Below are positions 14,154 through 30,275 of a stretch of DNA of 64,000 nt, piece by piece. The stretch is from Octopus vulgaris. Its lineage: Eukaryota. The DNA lies in contig OX597821.1 of NCBI GenBank assembly GCA_951406725.2, forward strand, positions 4,588,001-4,652,000, in the 5' to 3' direction. Below the pieces are notes generated by a model, which was given only the letters and a program-made list of their open reading frames with translations, had not been told where the DNA came from and ran no database searches. How positions within the stretch are numbered: position 1 is the stretch's first letter; the number at the start of each line of letters is the position of its first letter. A program made the position numbers and the translations under genes.

Positions 14154-14552
14154 GTATTAAATATATATATGCATACATGTATATATGTGTGGATGTGTGT
14201 ATATAAATATATATATATATATATATATGTGCGTGTACATACATACATACATGCATACATACATACACACATATGCATCAATGAAAATAGCATTTAATTT
14301 TCATAAGAGTAAAATAAAAGAAATGGATGTCTTTCAGAGAAAAAAAACCAAATCAACGCTTAGCAGTGGAAATGAGTCTGTTGGCAAACTACAATGAATG
14401 CCTACATGCGTATAAAATAACTAAAAAGCTACTTTTCTACGCATACATATGCACATATGCTTATATAATTACTTGTTTATATAATCAAACATATATACAT
14501 ATTCACTCACATACAGACATCTGTTTTCTTTATACACTTACATACACTCGCA

Positions 14553-14665
<113 letters not shown>

Positions 14666-14670
14666 CATAT

Positions 14671-14702
<32 letters not shown>

Positions 14703-15431
14703 CTGTATATGCATACACACACACACATACATACATTCATATATATATATATATATATATTCAGAGATATATGAATACATTCGTACTATATTCATATGCA
14801 TAACCCCAGAAGCGTATATACATATATGTACATATGTATGTAAATGTATTGACGTATGTATGTACATACGTGTGTCCATTTCAACATAGACATTACATTT
14901 TCTTTTCTTTCGGTCCGTTGTATAAAAGAAATTCAAAGAAATAACTGGATTTTGGCAGCATACCGTTTCCACTGAATTGAAGAATCAAGCCTTTTGGCGC
15001 TTGGTGCCAAAACATTCCATTGCCAACATTATCTCATACTTTCAAATTGCCCCAATCCAACCACAATGCCAGTCTATCACAGACTTATTCCCAGCTCTAA
15101 GCACTTTTCTATGCGTTCCGTTATCTTGTGCGTTGAAGACAATGTTTGCCAAGAATTCAATGTTCCAGTCTTTAGGATGATATAAGATACAATTCTTTGA
15201 GGCTGAATATAAATCTTATATTCTCTAAAGAATTCAGTAAACATCGATTTTTTTCTGTCTCGATGATTCTTCATGCGGAATCAATCATGTAGAAAAGCCT
15301 GATATTTACGCATCACTTAAGGAATATTTTCGCTTTTCATACCTGAAAAATGATTCTGGAATTTCACTTCTGCTGTTCATTGTTTACTGTGTGTTTTCTT
15401 ATATTTCTTTTAGCTGGTTGCATCTTAATAT

Positions 15432-15513
<82 letters not shown>

Positions 15514-15618
15514 TGCGAGTGTGTACATATATTCAAAAACATATAAACGTTTATGTATATATAGATGTGTGTGTATGTATACACATACACTTGCATACGC
15601 ATATATGTATGTGTATGA

Positions 15619-15689
<71 letters not shown>

Positions 15690-16273
15690 CGTGTGTATAT
15701 GTATATATATATCTGCACATGGGCGATGTACATACAAACAAACACATACATTTGTATATATGGGTACATTTATGCACACTTATATGCGAGCACGTATATC
15801 TATATTTGTTATGCTCGACGCAACGCATTTGGCTAGAGTTTAAAGATTAGTTACGTTAAATGAATTATTAAAGATTATCACGGTTTTGAGTAGGAAGAAA
15901 ATTATTTTATCTATTTGCTTCCTGCTTTAATCATCCACCGATATTGTCTTTTAATGGCATTAATGGTGTATGGTTTCGTTATGTTTAATTATATTCAAAT
16001 ATCTTTGTGCCAAAAAATTACATCTTAAACATACGCGAACAAGCCACACCATATTATCTAACATATTTTTACATACACACATAAATATCATATGCACATA
16101 TATATATATATATGTGCATGCTTGTGTGTATATACATGTGTATATGTCCGTGTGCGCGCATGTGTGTGTGTGTGTGTCTAGACGGATCCACGAGTGAAAA
16201 TCCGCATAGAGCGAGTAAGTGAAACGCGCTGTACGGCATACACACACATACACACACACACACACACACACAG

Positions 16274-16308
<35 letters not shown>

Positions 16309-16479
16309 CTTATATAATATTATATTATATTATATTATATTACTGGTTGCAGTCAGAGGTGGTGGTGTAATAATGAGGCACAGCCTTCTAGTGTCATAGG
16401 GTTTCATTTTGTATGGTTTCTGGTGAAGTAGAAGACGGAAATATTTTACTTGGTGCAACCTGCAATGGTGTATGTGTGT

Positions 16480-16496
16480 ATTTCTGTATGTGTGTA

Positions 16497-16535
<39 letters not shown>

Positions 16536-16672
16536 ATGTGAGTGCTCATGTCTTTGAGACTGTTTTTATAAGCCCCACCACCGCTTGGCAATCGGCCTTG
16601 GTGTGATAGCGTCTTCGTAACCTGACGGTTCAGCGAAAGAGATCCGATGGAGTAAGTACCAGGTTAAGAAAA
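16480..16672 (+). mobile_element. SINE family A 3' half
   Basis: ccaccaccgcttggcaatcg...gtaacctgacggttcagcgaaagaga matches 59200-59300. Confidence 0.75.
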
Positions 16673-16833
16673 AATTTACTGACAAAAAATTTAAGAAGTA
16701 AACCAAAAAGGGTATATTATACAAAAATGTAAAAATTTTAAGTTAAAATTTAAAATAATTGGGGACTCCATCTTTTTACAAATTGAATATGCGAAAGAAT
16801 ACCCATAGCTGCACGGTGATTGTATCATTATTA

Positions 16834-17990
16834 TCAGGTGAAGGCAATGCAGGAAAACATTATAAAGGAATACAAAAACAAAAACATTAGAGATACTAGC
16901 AGAGCAGCATGAGGCACTTTGTAGCTACTTGTAAACGAAGACACAGTGTTAGAAGTAAATAGAGTAAAAAAAGGAACCATGAGCATATTGGAAACACCAG
17001 GAGATTGTTGGAATCGTCTGTCAAGCATTACGAGGACTTGGCAATTCCAGCTTCAAGAGCGGAAAACCACCATTGCCAGGGACAGGCGCTCATAAAGCAA
17101 TTGATTCCTGATTCAGTTGAGTAGGATCGCAAGGCGAAGGCAGCAGATCTTCCACACCAGGATCATTAAACGCAGTGAGTCCAATCGCTTGAACGCCCAC
17201 TGATCTAGAGCAAACTTTGGTGCAACGACAAAAGAGGATTGCTTTTCCACCTTCTTGCTGTCACTGGCCTGTTGCCAACGCCAAACCAACTTAAAAGTTT
17301 GGATAAATAAATAAAAGATCCATCTTGCAATGTGTGAAGTAACTCTTTGCACTCTGAACCACATTTTCAACGGATGCTCTCCGACAAAGAGAGAAGACCG
17401 ATTCTAGGGATATCATGACAATTTCTTCAAGAAATTATCGATGGCTTGATGAGCAAGCAAAGGGTCGAGGCTAAAAAACACCAGCCTCCACCAAGGAAGG
17501 CTGTCAAATTCCAAAAGGAATCTGACAAAGTTTCCAAGGCGAAGGCAACGGAACAGCAGCTATTTCCCATCCCGCGTTCAGATTAAGACTTGAAAATGCA
17601 AGCGGAACTGTGGGGCAGATATGTTTTCCCAGAGGAGATAGTGTTAATATCATTGCGACCAGATATGTGCCTCCACTCCAAGTAAACTAAATCAATCATT
17701 GTGATCTAACTCACGACCCCAGACAAAGAAATCGAAATATCAGAGCTTAGTTGACGAGGTCCCTGTCAAAGGCTGGCATGAGGTCTCATACCCCAGGGAA
17801 GTTTGCTGCCGCAGTTTTCCATGTATATCGTTGCGCTCTTTTCTGCAGAAGGTAAATCTGGAACCCGGACAGGTGTGGAATGCTACTAAGGAAACAGGCA
17901 CGGTAGCTGAAACTAGCTCAAGATGACTATAGTTCCTCAGATACTTCAAATGGAAACCTTTCGTAGGTGAATAGTAGCGCCTCACTAAGG
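16834..17990 (+). mobile_element. HERO-like RLE non-LTR retrotransposon, 3' half, degenerate
   Basis: Translations include CEVTLCTLNHIFNGC (CCHC), FPEEIVLISLRPDMCL..IIVI*LTTP (PD-(D/E)xK restriction-like endonuclease), CRSFP and AETSSR*L*. These resemble HERO-clade C-termini. Confidence 0.75.
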
Positions 17991-18155
17991 TTAAGCGTAT
18001 AAGATCGCAGATTATATGGAAGGGATTCCATCATTGCAATGGATTTAGAGGATCTTGGAAAAGAACTGAGTGGCTCCTGTATTTTCTGCGTGGGGTGAAG
18101 CATCACTAATGTTTATATCACCAACAAAATGATTGAATATTCCTCAACTGTGATT

Positions 18156-18157
<2 letters not shown>

Positions 18158-18249
<92 letters not shown>

Positions 18250-18254
18250 CGTCC

Positions 18255-18293
<39 letters not shown>
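18158..18293. repeat. (ATT)n microsatellite
   Basis: Direct reading. Confidence 0.98.
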
Positions 18294-18294
<1 letters not shown>

Positions 18295-20309
18295 CTAGAG
18301 AAGAAAAGGTTGAAAAATATACTAGACATCCAAATGTGGATACAAGGTGTGCTTCATAAGTACCTGTAAATGGAGACAGTGTGTTACACTTAAACACAGC
18401 ATGGGTTCCTGTACAACCTGTGGAATGATTGGGTCATTGGCATCTAAACCAAAAGGATGAATGAATCGAGTGCAGACTCAACGACTCTCAAGCAATAACA
18501 CCTGCCTTCAGGAATTCCAGCCTGCTGGAAGACCACTCGGTGTGGGACACTTCTCAGGTTTTATGAACGCATGTCGATAAGAGGTCACTCTAATATAAAT
18601 GGAAAGGCATCAGGAATTTTAAGGATCATTTGCTTGCAACTGCGCTCATGGCAGCCCCGTATTCCTGAGCTGGCAACTCATATTAGCACAATACATATTG
18701 GCTCAGTTTGTCTCTGGATCATGTCAGTAGGGTGGAGAGGGTCATGAAGTGTCTTCGAAGCTGTATAATATCTACAATTCGGCACAGACATTGCTATAAC
18801 GATAGTCATATTCGTCTACGTGTTGGCAGACATCATGTATGTATGTATGTAGACAGTGTATTTATAACTTGAACTCCGCTCAGATGAAGACAATGAGAGA
18901 TATACTACTTCTAAATTTGATGTAGTCCACAAATACCTTTGACCGGTATTCTTACATAATAATTTGATGTTTCTCCTAAGTCGTTCTTCTATGGAAATGA
19001 TATCAGAAATCTATAGAGAATTGTTATTTACAATGACTATTAAATGTTGTCTATCTTATAATCTGTTTGTAGGACATTGTCAGATGTGTAGCAGAAGTGA
19101 TATTTTGTATGTTTTTTCTCACCTTATGAAAAATTAATTCAAATAACTTTTGTTAATAATGAAAAGTATTCGCGTTTAAAATTTCAAGTGAACAAACCAA
19201 ATAAGTAATGTATTCTGTAGTGTAAGCTGAAATAAAATGTAAATAACTGATACGAAGTAGATAATGGGTTTTTTTTTTCATTTTAGAAACGAAATTAAAA
19301 ATAATGTGGCGAGTTCTTAAATAAATATTTTATATTAGATTGGTTATACTGATATGTTAAGTATCTAGTTAATGCATAAATACGGCCCTTTATTTTAAAT
19401 GCAATTTGCATTTATTGAAATATAAAAGTTTCCAAGTGTGTGTATTAAAAATATTTATCTAAATGGTGTTGGTATATTTGCATACATATCATATTATCTT
19501 CTAATGGTACGTACTTGATTGTAAATCGTCTAAAACAGGAACAACATTTTGCAATAATATTTTAAAATGGAAGTTTACAAAGAAATATCTTTTCCTATGC
19601 GTTTTTGGTTTAATCTTTATCGAACAAAAAGGCAACGTCGTTAAATACGCATATATTTTAAACACTAGCATAAGTTGCTCATGCATAATCTTTGCAATGT
19701 CACATATCGGAACCGAGGTTTCGTTCAACAATTGTTCGGTTAATGTAACAAATAAAAAGACTGTGAAACATTTCCGAAACCCTGACGTATGCGAGAGACG
19801 TATACATTGATTTGGACAAAACTTTGTAGATTATTGATGTTTAATTTTTTTTATTACCATAATTATTAAAATTATGTGACGAATACACGCAGATACTACC
19901 ACACACAAAGCTGAATTCAGTAATTTGAAATCGAAACTATAAAAGAAAAAGAAAACATTGACGCAATTTGAAACACAAAATGGTGTGATATAACTTAGGA
20001 AATTTTTATTAGAAATATGCTGCTGATAATAGCAACAGTATAAATGTATATACTATTTTTAAAACCAAATAAGCGTCAAGAGTTAGGCATATGTTTCATT
20101 GAGCTCTAATTATAGAGTTGTCATAGAATATGAACCAATTTTCAAAATTATCGCTAAGATCAGGGGGAAAATGGTAAAAGTTGTTAAAATAACACAAATG
20201 TGAAAGACGAAGTAAATGACGGATACATTATTATGGTTATGTAATGTAGCATGTGAATTTGCACACCTAAGCTGTATAGATATATATATATAGGCATATA
20301 TACTGAAAG

Positions 20310-20374
<65 letters not shown>

Positions 20375-20654
20375 TACGTCTGTGTCTATGTATGTATGCA
20401 TGTATACAGATATATATATATACGCAAAGATTTATTTGTCTTTGTGTATGCGTGCGTGCCTGCATATACTTAGTCATGTACTAGTATACAGTCATACAAA
20501 TATACAGAAGCTAATACGAAATAGATGGATAAGCATCAAATGCCAAAGTCTGAAATTTCTCTCCCACAACCATGACCAGTAAAATAACATTGAAATTCCA
20601 CAAACTTAACATTGACTGCTATGCATACATAAGTAAACATAATTTTATTTTATT

Positions 20655-23405
20655 TACTAAGGCCTATTCCCCATAGGAGGAGGTGGCCACAACAAGACAT
20701 TCCATTCATTTCCAAGGTCAAAGAGACGGGCCCCGTCCTATGCTTGGGTCAAGATATAGAAAGCCATCCTTTAAACCAGCAACGGGGCACGACAGCATAT
20801 GTTGGTTTACCCCCACTGCATCATACTGGTTCCATAACCCTTTGAGCAACATCAAATTCACTCGTCCGTCCACAAACACTCTCCAAGCTTTTGTATCATT
20901 GATAAACCCTCCTGCCTCTCTCACTCCAACACATCTAACCACCAAAGTTTTCTTCACTCTATCCAACCACATAAACCGAGGTCTGCATCTGGTTCTGCTG
21001 CCTACCACTTCTGCCTTCATCACTCCTCCTTACCATCCGCTCCTCATTCATCCTCTGCATGAGACAAAACCACCTCAACATTCATTTATCCATTCCGGTA
21101 CATAGATTTTCTCTCATTCCTCCTCTCCTCATTCCTCATCCTGTCCATCCATGTCACAGCAACCAGAGCCCTCAAACACCTCAGCTGAAACATACTTCGT
21201 CACCTCTTTTTCGCCTCTCTCAGACTCCACGTCTCTGCACGGTATAACATTGTCGGCACAATAACGCCCTTATACACACCACTTTTTACTTTCATAGTCA
21301 AACTTTTACCTCTCAGCATACCTTTCACATCTCCAAGTATCTAACTCCACTCCTTCGTAGTTATCAACACTCCACCATCTACTAGACACAACCTGAACAC
21401 CTGCCACATTGCCTTCCCTGGGTTCATAAAGGCCTAATATACATCCCTCCCTTTTGCCAAAAAATTCTCACAAATCTACCTTACTACAAATATCTGATCT
21501 GCACACTCCCTTCCACTCCTAAAACTGCACTGCTCCTCACCTAGTACATTCTGTCTAGTTCATTACCCTTACAATAAGAATTCTTCCATACAGTTTACCA
21601 ACCACACATAACAGGATTATACCCCTAAAATTTCCACACACACATTTATCCCCTTTCCCCTTGTACAGGCTCTGCACCAGTAACTTCGTGCTCTTCTATC
21701 CATATAACAAACATTCATAAGTCTCACTAACCAGTCAATGACTATCCTCCCTTCTTTAGGCATTCCATTATACAACCATCTATACCTGGCGCTTTCCGCT
21801 TTACCATCTTCCGCAAAGATACCCTCACCTCTTCCCATTCAATTGTACCGTAGTTCCATCCTCCACCAACAGGCATTCTCCTTTTTCCTCCTACAGCCAC
21901 TATACGTGCCTCCACTATCATCCTCCACATGTATCAGCTCACAAAAATACTCTGCCTATCTCCTTTGTACATCCTCTCTTCCTTTTTCGTTTACATCATT
22001 CACCTTTTCTTCCTTTTCCCCAACTATCTTCTTTACTTCTTTCCAGAACATATTTTTTTTTTATTTCTTACAATATGTTCACTCAAATTTTACATGAACC
22101 TTTCACTCACCTCCCATTTCGCCACCTTCACCACACTCTTCACTCTGCACTTCACTCTGTAACGATCATAAGCCTATCCACCCCTTTTCTGCAACTGCTC
22201 TTCAAAGTCCTTTTACTTGTCTGCCACTGCACCCCTTACCTGCTCTTTCCACCACTGACTACCTTTCCTCACTACCATTGCAACCACTCGTGTACCACAT
22301 AATTCAGAGGCACATCTCATTACTGTCTCTCTAAAGGTCTTCTACTCCTCATCCACCTCTCCTATCTCCTATTTCTTAACCTGTTCATATTCACCTCTCA
22401 GTGTCTCTACAAAATCCTGATCCTTCTCTCTCCTCTCCAGTTCACTCACCTCCACAACCTCTCCCCTTCCTGTCACCCGTATAGCATTCCATTTTGAGCA
22501 TGACTTCAACTTACACTGAACTAAGAAGCGATCTGACACTCCTCCACCTTCACCTCTCATTACATGCATATCCACCAACCTTCCCACCACTTTCTTATAA
22601 ATTAATCCATCACGCTCTTATCCCCTACTGTTCCTCCCTCCCCCCTCCTGCATGTGAACTTGTTTTTCTCCAACCAACAATCCCTGCCCCATGCACATTT
22701 CCGATAACCCCTCTCATTCTGACCAGGAACTCGATATTTACATACTACTTTGTCAACTTTCTCATTTCACACTCGTGGATTCATATTACTGAAAACCACC
22801 AAATAGCCACATTTCCCCCACCCCATCCACACACTCTCTAGAAGCCATCTACGTCTTCCTCACTCCTTTCACTTCCTGGACCATATACACTGAAAACACC
22901 CACATCTCCCCTCCACACTTCATCTGAACCCACATTAACTTTCAAGACACTTCCCTCCACTCTACCACGCTCTTCTACACACACGCACCATCCTCCGCCA
23001 CTCCCGAAACTCGTCCGGTCACATCACCAAATTGGTACTCTCCGTTACTTTTCATCTTCGTTTCGCTCAGTGTCATCACATCCATCATACTCCTCATCAT
23101 CACACTCCCTAACTCTCTCCTCCTTAACTCATTTGTACTGCACCCACGCACATTCTATGACCCTAGTACTAGGGTGGGATTTGGTGCTAACTTTCTCCCA
23201 CCCTTTTGTCTCTTTCATGTCTTTTGAGGAAACAGAATTACTAGCAGGAGAGGTGTCCCAGTCCCTTCTCTCCCAACCCTTTTAATCTCATCTTAGACCA
23301 CGCAGGGAATGCGGCGGCTACATTCTACCGGTCCCCACCACAGTCACAGGGAGTTTGCTAGTTAACCCATAGGTGTGACTCATACAAGTGCTACCACTCC
23401 GGGTC
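20655..23405 (-). mobile_element. RTE-clade LINE (APE endonuclease plus partial RT), internally deleted and degenerate
   Basis: GGVSDRFLV (APE SDH-like motif), KAPGIDG, and the C-terminal RPRFMWLDRVK...DTKAWR. An A-rich (TAAAA) tail lies at about 20641-20656. Confidence 0.88.
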
Positions 23406-24261
23406 AGAATAGAACTGGGAACAATAGTGGCTAAAGAGTGATTCCACACACTTGAAATCCTGAAAACAGGAAGCCAGGACCCATCTACTGGATGAGTTTA
23501 GAGTCATTCCCAGGACAATATACAATGCATAAAATGGTCATACACAGAACGAATGTCGTAGGATAAATATAAAAACAGCCTCGTTGTTGGATATAATCCT
23601 AAACGTCAATACAAAAGATATTGGTGGAATTTTGCAATCAAAAATTTTACAATTTGTAAACAACAGGCCAGATAGCTCTGCTTGAGTCGGAGAAGAGCAG
23701 TACATACCGTAATGGAGATTAGCTGCTCTGATGGTGTAAATATTTCTTAAAAAATTGAAGACTTACAAAATAGCAACAGATTATAGTTTTTTAAACCTCC
23801 AGCCTCTATAATAACTAAATTAAGAATTCACATTTGAATACATAAAAACCGTTGCATTTCGTTTTCTAAATAAATACCTACATGACAATATGAAAAGCGG
23901 GGCTTTTCATAAAATTAGATCAACGAACAATCGCGCAAATATAAATCCAATTTGAAGTGGAACAGACAAACAGTACACTCAACAATAAAAGTAATCTATC
24001 TAGTGAGAGATAAATGTCATTTAAAGTACACCGTGTTAAAGTATGAGCTACTAAGAGTTTCATGCAATGGAGACACCGTAACTTTATAAACCGAAAACTT
24101 GACTCTCCATGAACTCATTCATTCAAAGTAAGTGCACATGGTTAGTCATATTGGAAAAACGAAATAGTAAACCGTGTACACTGTGAGTGAGAGAGTGCTT
24201 GGAGAGAGGTGGAACGTTATATTATTCTATGCGTGCGTGTGTTTGTGTACGCACGTACGTC

Positions 24262-24900
24262 TGTGGATCAACACATTCAAAAGGCATCAGATGTGTTTGA
24301 GAATCTTGAAAAGGGATTCTGGACAAATCGCAACATCACCATAATGAGCAGGCCGAGAGTACCAAAGGGTTTATTTGAAGCATGTGTATGCTTCCGAAGA
24401 TGGTTGTGCGCTGTTATCAAAGCTGTTTGTCGCGCATAATCAACATCAAGCGGCAGATTAAAACACCTAACGAAGAACTCCTTGAAAAATTTAGATGCAC
24501 GAGTATCCAGTCACCCCTCATGTCTATTCACAAGCGTTGGGCTGTCTATGTTGTGCATGTGGGAGATAACAAGATTTCAAAGCAGTAGTTCTACGGTGAG
24601 TCGTCATGTACAAATCTTCATCAGCAGAAGCCACATGAAATGTACAAAGACTACATAAAAGGGAATGTAAAGAACTACAAATAAATATAAAATACAGAGA
24701 AGAAATACCTTTGGAAAGAGCTGGGCGGATGAAACGGATGGGAAACGTTGTACAACTTTTGAAGAGGGTCACACTGAGGACGAAAGCCTAAGGCGCTGGC
24801 TTTAGATTGAACGTCATCAGAACTTCAGCGAATACATAAAGTGTTGAATGTGTGAAATACGATACCGCGTGACGCTTAACGTGCCAATTATCTGAAGCCC
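24262..24900 (+). mobile_element. RTE-like LINE 3' fragment
   Basis: DQHIQKASDVF..L...W, YQSCLSRIINIK and RWAVYVVHVGDNKISKQ are typical of the RTE thumb region. Confidence 0.75.
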
Positions 24901-25026
24901 TATAAAAAACCAACTCCAAATAACGTCCACCCACCGAGACCGTATGATTCATCGTGTGCAGCCGGTGAAAGTTCTCGCAAGGTGATTTCAGAACGGAAGA
25001 GATACACAGACATTCCAGAGGGAACG

Positions 25027-25200
25027 TACCGTAAATCCTAGAGTATAGTCCGCCCTTGAGTAAAATACGCAGGGGATTTTTAGGGGGCTGTACCTTTGAG
25101 AAATCTAAACCCCCTGTATAATGCGCACCCCTTCTCTAACTTGAGTCGTGCGTAACTAAGCTAGCAGCACCTTGTCGAACAAACCAATTCCGCGCATGCG
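25027..25200 (+). mobile_element. Tc2/pogo-like DNA transposon left end
   Basis: TA-CCGTAAATCCTAGAGTATAGTCCGC with subterminal tataatgcgcaccc-like repeats. No matching right end was seen. Confidence 0.55.
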
Positions 25201-25594
25201 TAATACAATAATGGTGATGTTCTTAAATGTTATATGGGAATGTAAATATGTTTGCAAATTGTTTTTCTTATATGTTATTCTGTGTTCTGAATACTTTTAT
25301 TTTAATAAATGTTGCTTAATGCAAGTTATGGATGATTCTTTTATGACTTCATTGCTTTCAGGCTTCGCTTAAGGTATTTTCGTGCCCGACATCACAAAAT
25401 GCGTCTAAAGATACATTGCCGGACAGCAAATAGTTACGCAGAAATTGTTTAGAAAATATTGTTAATTTTTAACCTCGTATACAGTACGCAATAGGGATAT
25501 ATATATATATATATTAACGCATATGCGTCCAAATATATTAAAATTATTCGTATGTGCATAATTTATTAAGTATGCATACATATACACAAGTGTG

Positions 25595-25633
<39 letters not shown>

Positions 25634-26181
25634 ATAGAGGAATACATAGAAATACACTGGAAAGGGTTATGTCTACATATTTATGCCTCTTTGTGTCCAT
25701 ATGTGCGTGTGCGTGCTGGTGAGTGTGTGCGTATGTGTGTGTATCTGTGTTCGCATATGTGTTCGTCTGTACGTATATACGGGTATATATAATGTGCAAA
25801 AAAGAGACAGTGGAGAGTACGGCAATAAACCAACAATGTCTCTCGTTGAAATTTTACGGCTGCACATTAATGAATAGATTTTTCTCGATCATTTGACACT
25901 GGGCGAAATATTCTGTAAGATGACACAATTAAAAGTATTTTGAGTGATAACAGCCCAAAAGATGGTTTATGTTACGTCAGGGAAAGTTGTTAAAATTATT
26001 GCTACTATAATTAATGGCATTTTATTTCATTTTATTACTCCGAGCAGACATCTTGTTTTTATACAAAACTTATTCCTCAAGTGGATGCCATGTCATATCA
26101 CCGCCTCTGTTAGTCAATGTAACGACTCTCTCGATCAGCCTCGTATATGATTCTCGTCATTATAGATATACCTTAATATAC

Positions 26182-26236
<55 letters not shown>

Positions 26237-26310
26237 CATTTGTATACATATATATACATATCTACATATGCATATGTATATATATATGTATATATGTATA
26301 CATATGTATA

Positions 26311-26352
<42 letters not shown>

Positions 26353-26398
26353 TACATTTATATCTGAGTGATTGTGCGTATAGAAATATATATATGAT

Positions 26399-26479
<81 letters not shown>

Positions 26480-26664
26480 GATATAGATATATACATATAT
26501 ATGCATTAAGGATATAATAAGATATAAAATACATAAACAAACACACATTCACGAACATACGTACACACATACACACACATAAACATATATACAGAGTCAG
26601 ACAAAATACGGCAAAAGACAAATGTTTAAGTGTTTAAGAATGTATGGGTGAGTGTGTATGTAAG

Positions 26665-26695
<31 letters not shown>

Positions 26696-27003
26696 GTGTA
26701 TATTTTAAATCCTTCCCCTTCCATTCTCCATACCTATAATTTTTTTTTTCTTATCGCACTGACATTCGCGTCACTTATTTATTACAGACCCAAATATCAT
26801 AGCTGATATTGCTCTTATAAACGTGAATATATACATTTATGTATATTCGTACGTATGTATGGTTATACCTGTCTATGAATGTATGTACTTTTGCTTTTGT
26901 TTTGTAGGTGTAGTTTTCTAGATCTCTCGTAGACGTAATAAAATCTACAACAAACTAAAACACATAATATGTCTCGCAGACATTCTATATATCTATGTGC
27001 ATA

Positions 27004-27121
<118 letters not shown>

Positions 27122-27676
27122 TGCATGTACACATACCTGTACGTAGACAAATGTATATATATATATATACACACACACACATACGGAGCACGCTTAGTTT
27201 AGAAGCCGCACATTAACGCATCCATCATCATTGAATTGAATATTTCGCTTATTTCCCTTACGATCATTTTCTAAATCTAACACCGTCGGCGTAAGTATAA
27301 ACATCAAAGAATGATTAATGGGTTATCAAGCATTCACACATCAGATGTTTTAACAGATTTCCCTAGTTTACTACACAAATAGCGCAGAAAGCTAGCAAGT
27401 AGCAAACAAACAACCAAGGAAAGTTATATATATATATATGTATATCTTTTTGCCTGTGCGAGTGTATGTGTCCGTGGTGTTTGTGAGTGTCAGACTCTGC
27501 GTATATGTATGCATGTATTTATACAGGTATCAATACAGTCTACGGTGATTGAAATCACAGTTCGTAAAGCACATACACACACACTCACATGTATGTATGT
27601 ATGTATGTGCATTTGCATATATGTATAAATATATTTAGATTTGAATGTATATATATGTATATATATATATATATAT

Positions 27677-27756
<80 letters not shown>

Positions 27757-29097
27757 TTAGATAGATTAGTAGATAGATGTAGATATAAATGCACGTATGT
27801 ATACATATATACTTTTATACATACGTACATATATAAATATATTTTGTTATTTATGGGCCTGGTACTTTGGGATTTTATTTGTGTGTTTATGTGTGTAAAG
27901 ATATATTTATGTAGAAAGATACACACATGAAGACATATGGTATATATACACGCATATACACACATATATATATGTATGTGTATACATATTTATATTTTAA
28001 TATATACGTACAGTTAAGCATATTTATACATGTATAATCGTGTAGGTGTATGTTTAAGCGACCTGTGCTTTGTGATTGCGTTCTAGTTTTATCGTTTTAT
28101 GATGATCAAAATATCATTGGCATTAAAATCTACATATATTTGAAAGACATAAAACATATTCTTCTGATGCCAAACATATTTCCTATTTTAATTTTTTCAA
28201 TGAAAAGTTCCAGAAATGTCTACTATGGGTGAATTCTTGGGACTTTACTGCAGCAAACCAACTGCAAGAATTTATAACATATGCGAAAAATATTTACAAA
28301 ATATAAACGTCAAAATATAGACATGTATTCACGAAAACATGTATTCAATAATTCTTTGCTTAAAATTCGCTTATGTATGATTTACTTAACTTATGTGTGT
28401 CATAGTTTTAGATTTGGAAGCCGCAATTTTCTTCTGGAAAATTCCTTTTTTATTCGTTTTTAAAAATTCAAAATAAAATTGATAGATCAGTGAAAATGTA
28501 TCAATGTCGGCTTCATCGTGAGAGCAATAGATGCAGATTTCACCGTTCGTGAACTTTGTCAATGTCACGTACTTGGATCCTTTTGGAAGTGAGATCTCAT
28601 TTTTACAAAAAAAACATTCCAGCACCGGTTCCAATCATTGAGACATATTCAACTATCGGCGTGGAAAACAATTAAATTTTGGAAAAATTAAAAGAAACGT
28701 GTTCAAATACAGGTGACATTTTTCTTGTTACTCTCACACAACGACCTTGAGCCCACAAGAGAGACGGAGACAGGCAGAGACAAGGAAAATGCCACTTGTA
28801 TTTGTACACCATGCAAATAGTCTTTTAAAATAACTTTTCTTTTAATTTTTCTAAAATTTAATTGTTTTCCATACTTGCAGTTGAAAAAGTTGAAAACCGG
28901 TACTGAAATGTTTTTCATAAAGTTATTTTAGCTTTCTCTATCTTGACTTTATATATATATATATATTAGAAGAAATGAGGTACTCAGAAGATCGGATGGT
29001 TTATATTTACAGATATTTATTTATATATTACATTTTTTACATATATATCATATCACTTAGATTATTAGCGCGTTCTCCCATTCTAGTGGGGTTTTCA

Positions 29098-29122
<25 letters not shown>

Positions 29123-29137
<15 letters not shown>

Positions 29138-30244
29138 CTCTAGTTGTGTGAGTGTCTGTCCCCTTCGATTTAGATTCCTAACTCCTCCCACATTTTGCGG
29201 TGCAGTTTAACCAAATTCGGGTATCTTATAGTCGTGATTCATATCGAGCCCGTCTGACTATTAGCGCGCGTCAACGATGAGTCTACGATTTTAAAAATAA
29301 TTTAACATCATTTTTTATTCCATTTTAATGCATAAAATGCATCGTATGTCGATGGCGGCGGAGTTGGCGTCTACGCTCACAGCTGCACCTGTTTGCTTCT
29401 CCCCCTTCCCTCCCTCGTGAAGCTGTGGGGAAGGGAGTGTAAAGAAATCAACGTCGTAATGCGTTGTGAAGGAAACCAGCGTTCTTTTAGAACAACGACT
29501 TCATGGCTTGAAGACACCAAAACAAAAATGGCTAAGAAAGCCCGAATTTATAAGGGAAGTAACTCTCTAAAAATGCTGATATAGTTATTTCCCTTACAAA
29601 CCCGAGCAACGCCGGGCGATACTGCTAGTCTTTATATATAAAAGTAAGGTTGTGTGCTGTCTGTCTCCTACGATTTAGATTCCTAACTACTCCCACATTT
29701 TGCGGTGCAGTTTAACCAAAACCGGGTATCTTATAGTCATGATTCATATCAAGCCCTTCTGTGTATTAGCGTGCATCTACGATGGGTCTAGGTTTTTTTT
29801 TAAAATTTACCATCAATGTTTCCCTTTTTAATGCATTTTTGGCATATATAAGGGAAGTAACTCTCTAAAAATTTATTATCAAATCTCAGAACGTAAAAAA
29901 CTACAGTAACACCCCCCTTTGTGGTTAGCCATATTGAGATAGCTATTATACTTTACATCTCTAAAAATGCTTATATAGTTATTTCCCTTACAAACCCGAG
30001 CAACGCCGGGCGATACTGCTAGTATATATATAAAAGTGAAGTTGTGTGAGTGTCTGTCTCCTACGATTCAGATTCCTAACTACTCCCACATTTTGCGGTG
30101 CAGTGTAACCAAAACCGGGTATCTTATAGTCGTGATTCATATCGAGCCCGTCTGGGTACTAGCGCGCGTCTACGATGAGTCTACGATTTTAAAAATAATT
30201 TACCATAATTTTTTTCCATTTTAACGCATATTTTTTGGTCGTGG

Positions 30245-30275
<31 letters not shown>

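Noticed and set aside
24575-24625. CTGATGA...GAAA on the minus strand as a hammerhead
   Set aside because: It is antisense to RTE coding sequence and has no convincing stems.
29055-29100. Hammerhead-like hairpin (TTGAAAA-CCCCA..TGGG-AGAAC) on the minus strand
   Set aside because: Too many core substitutions to call.
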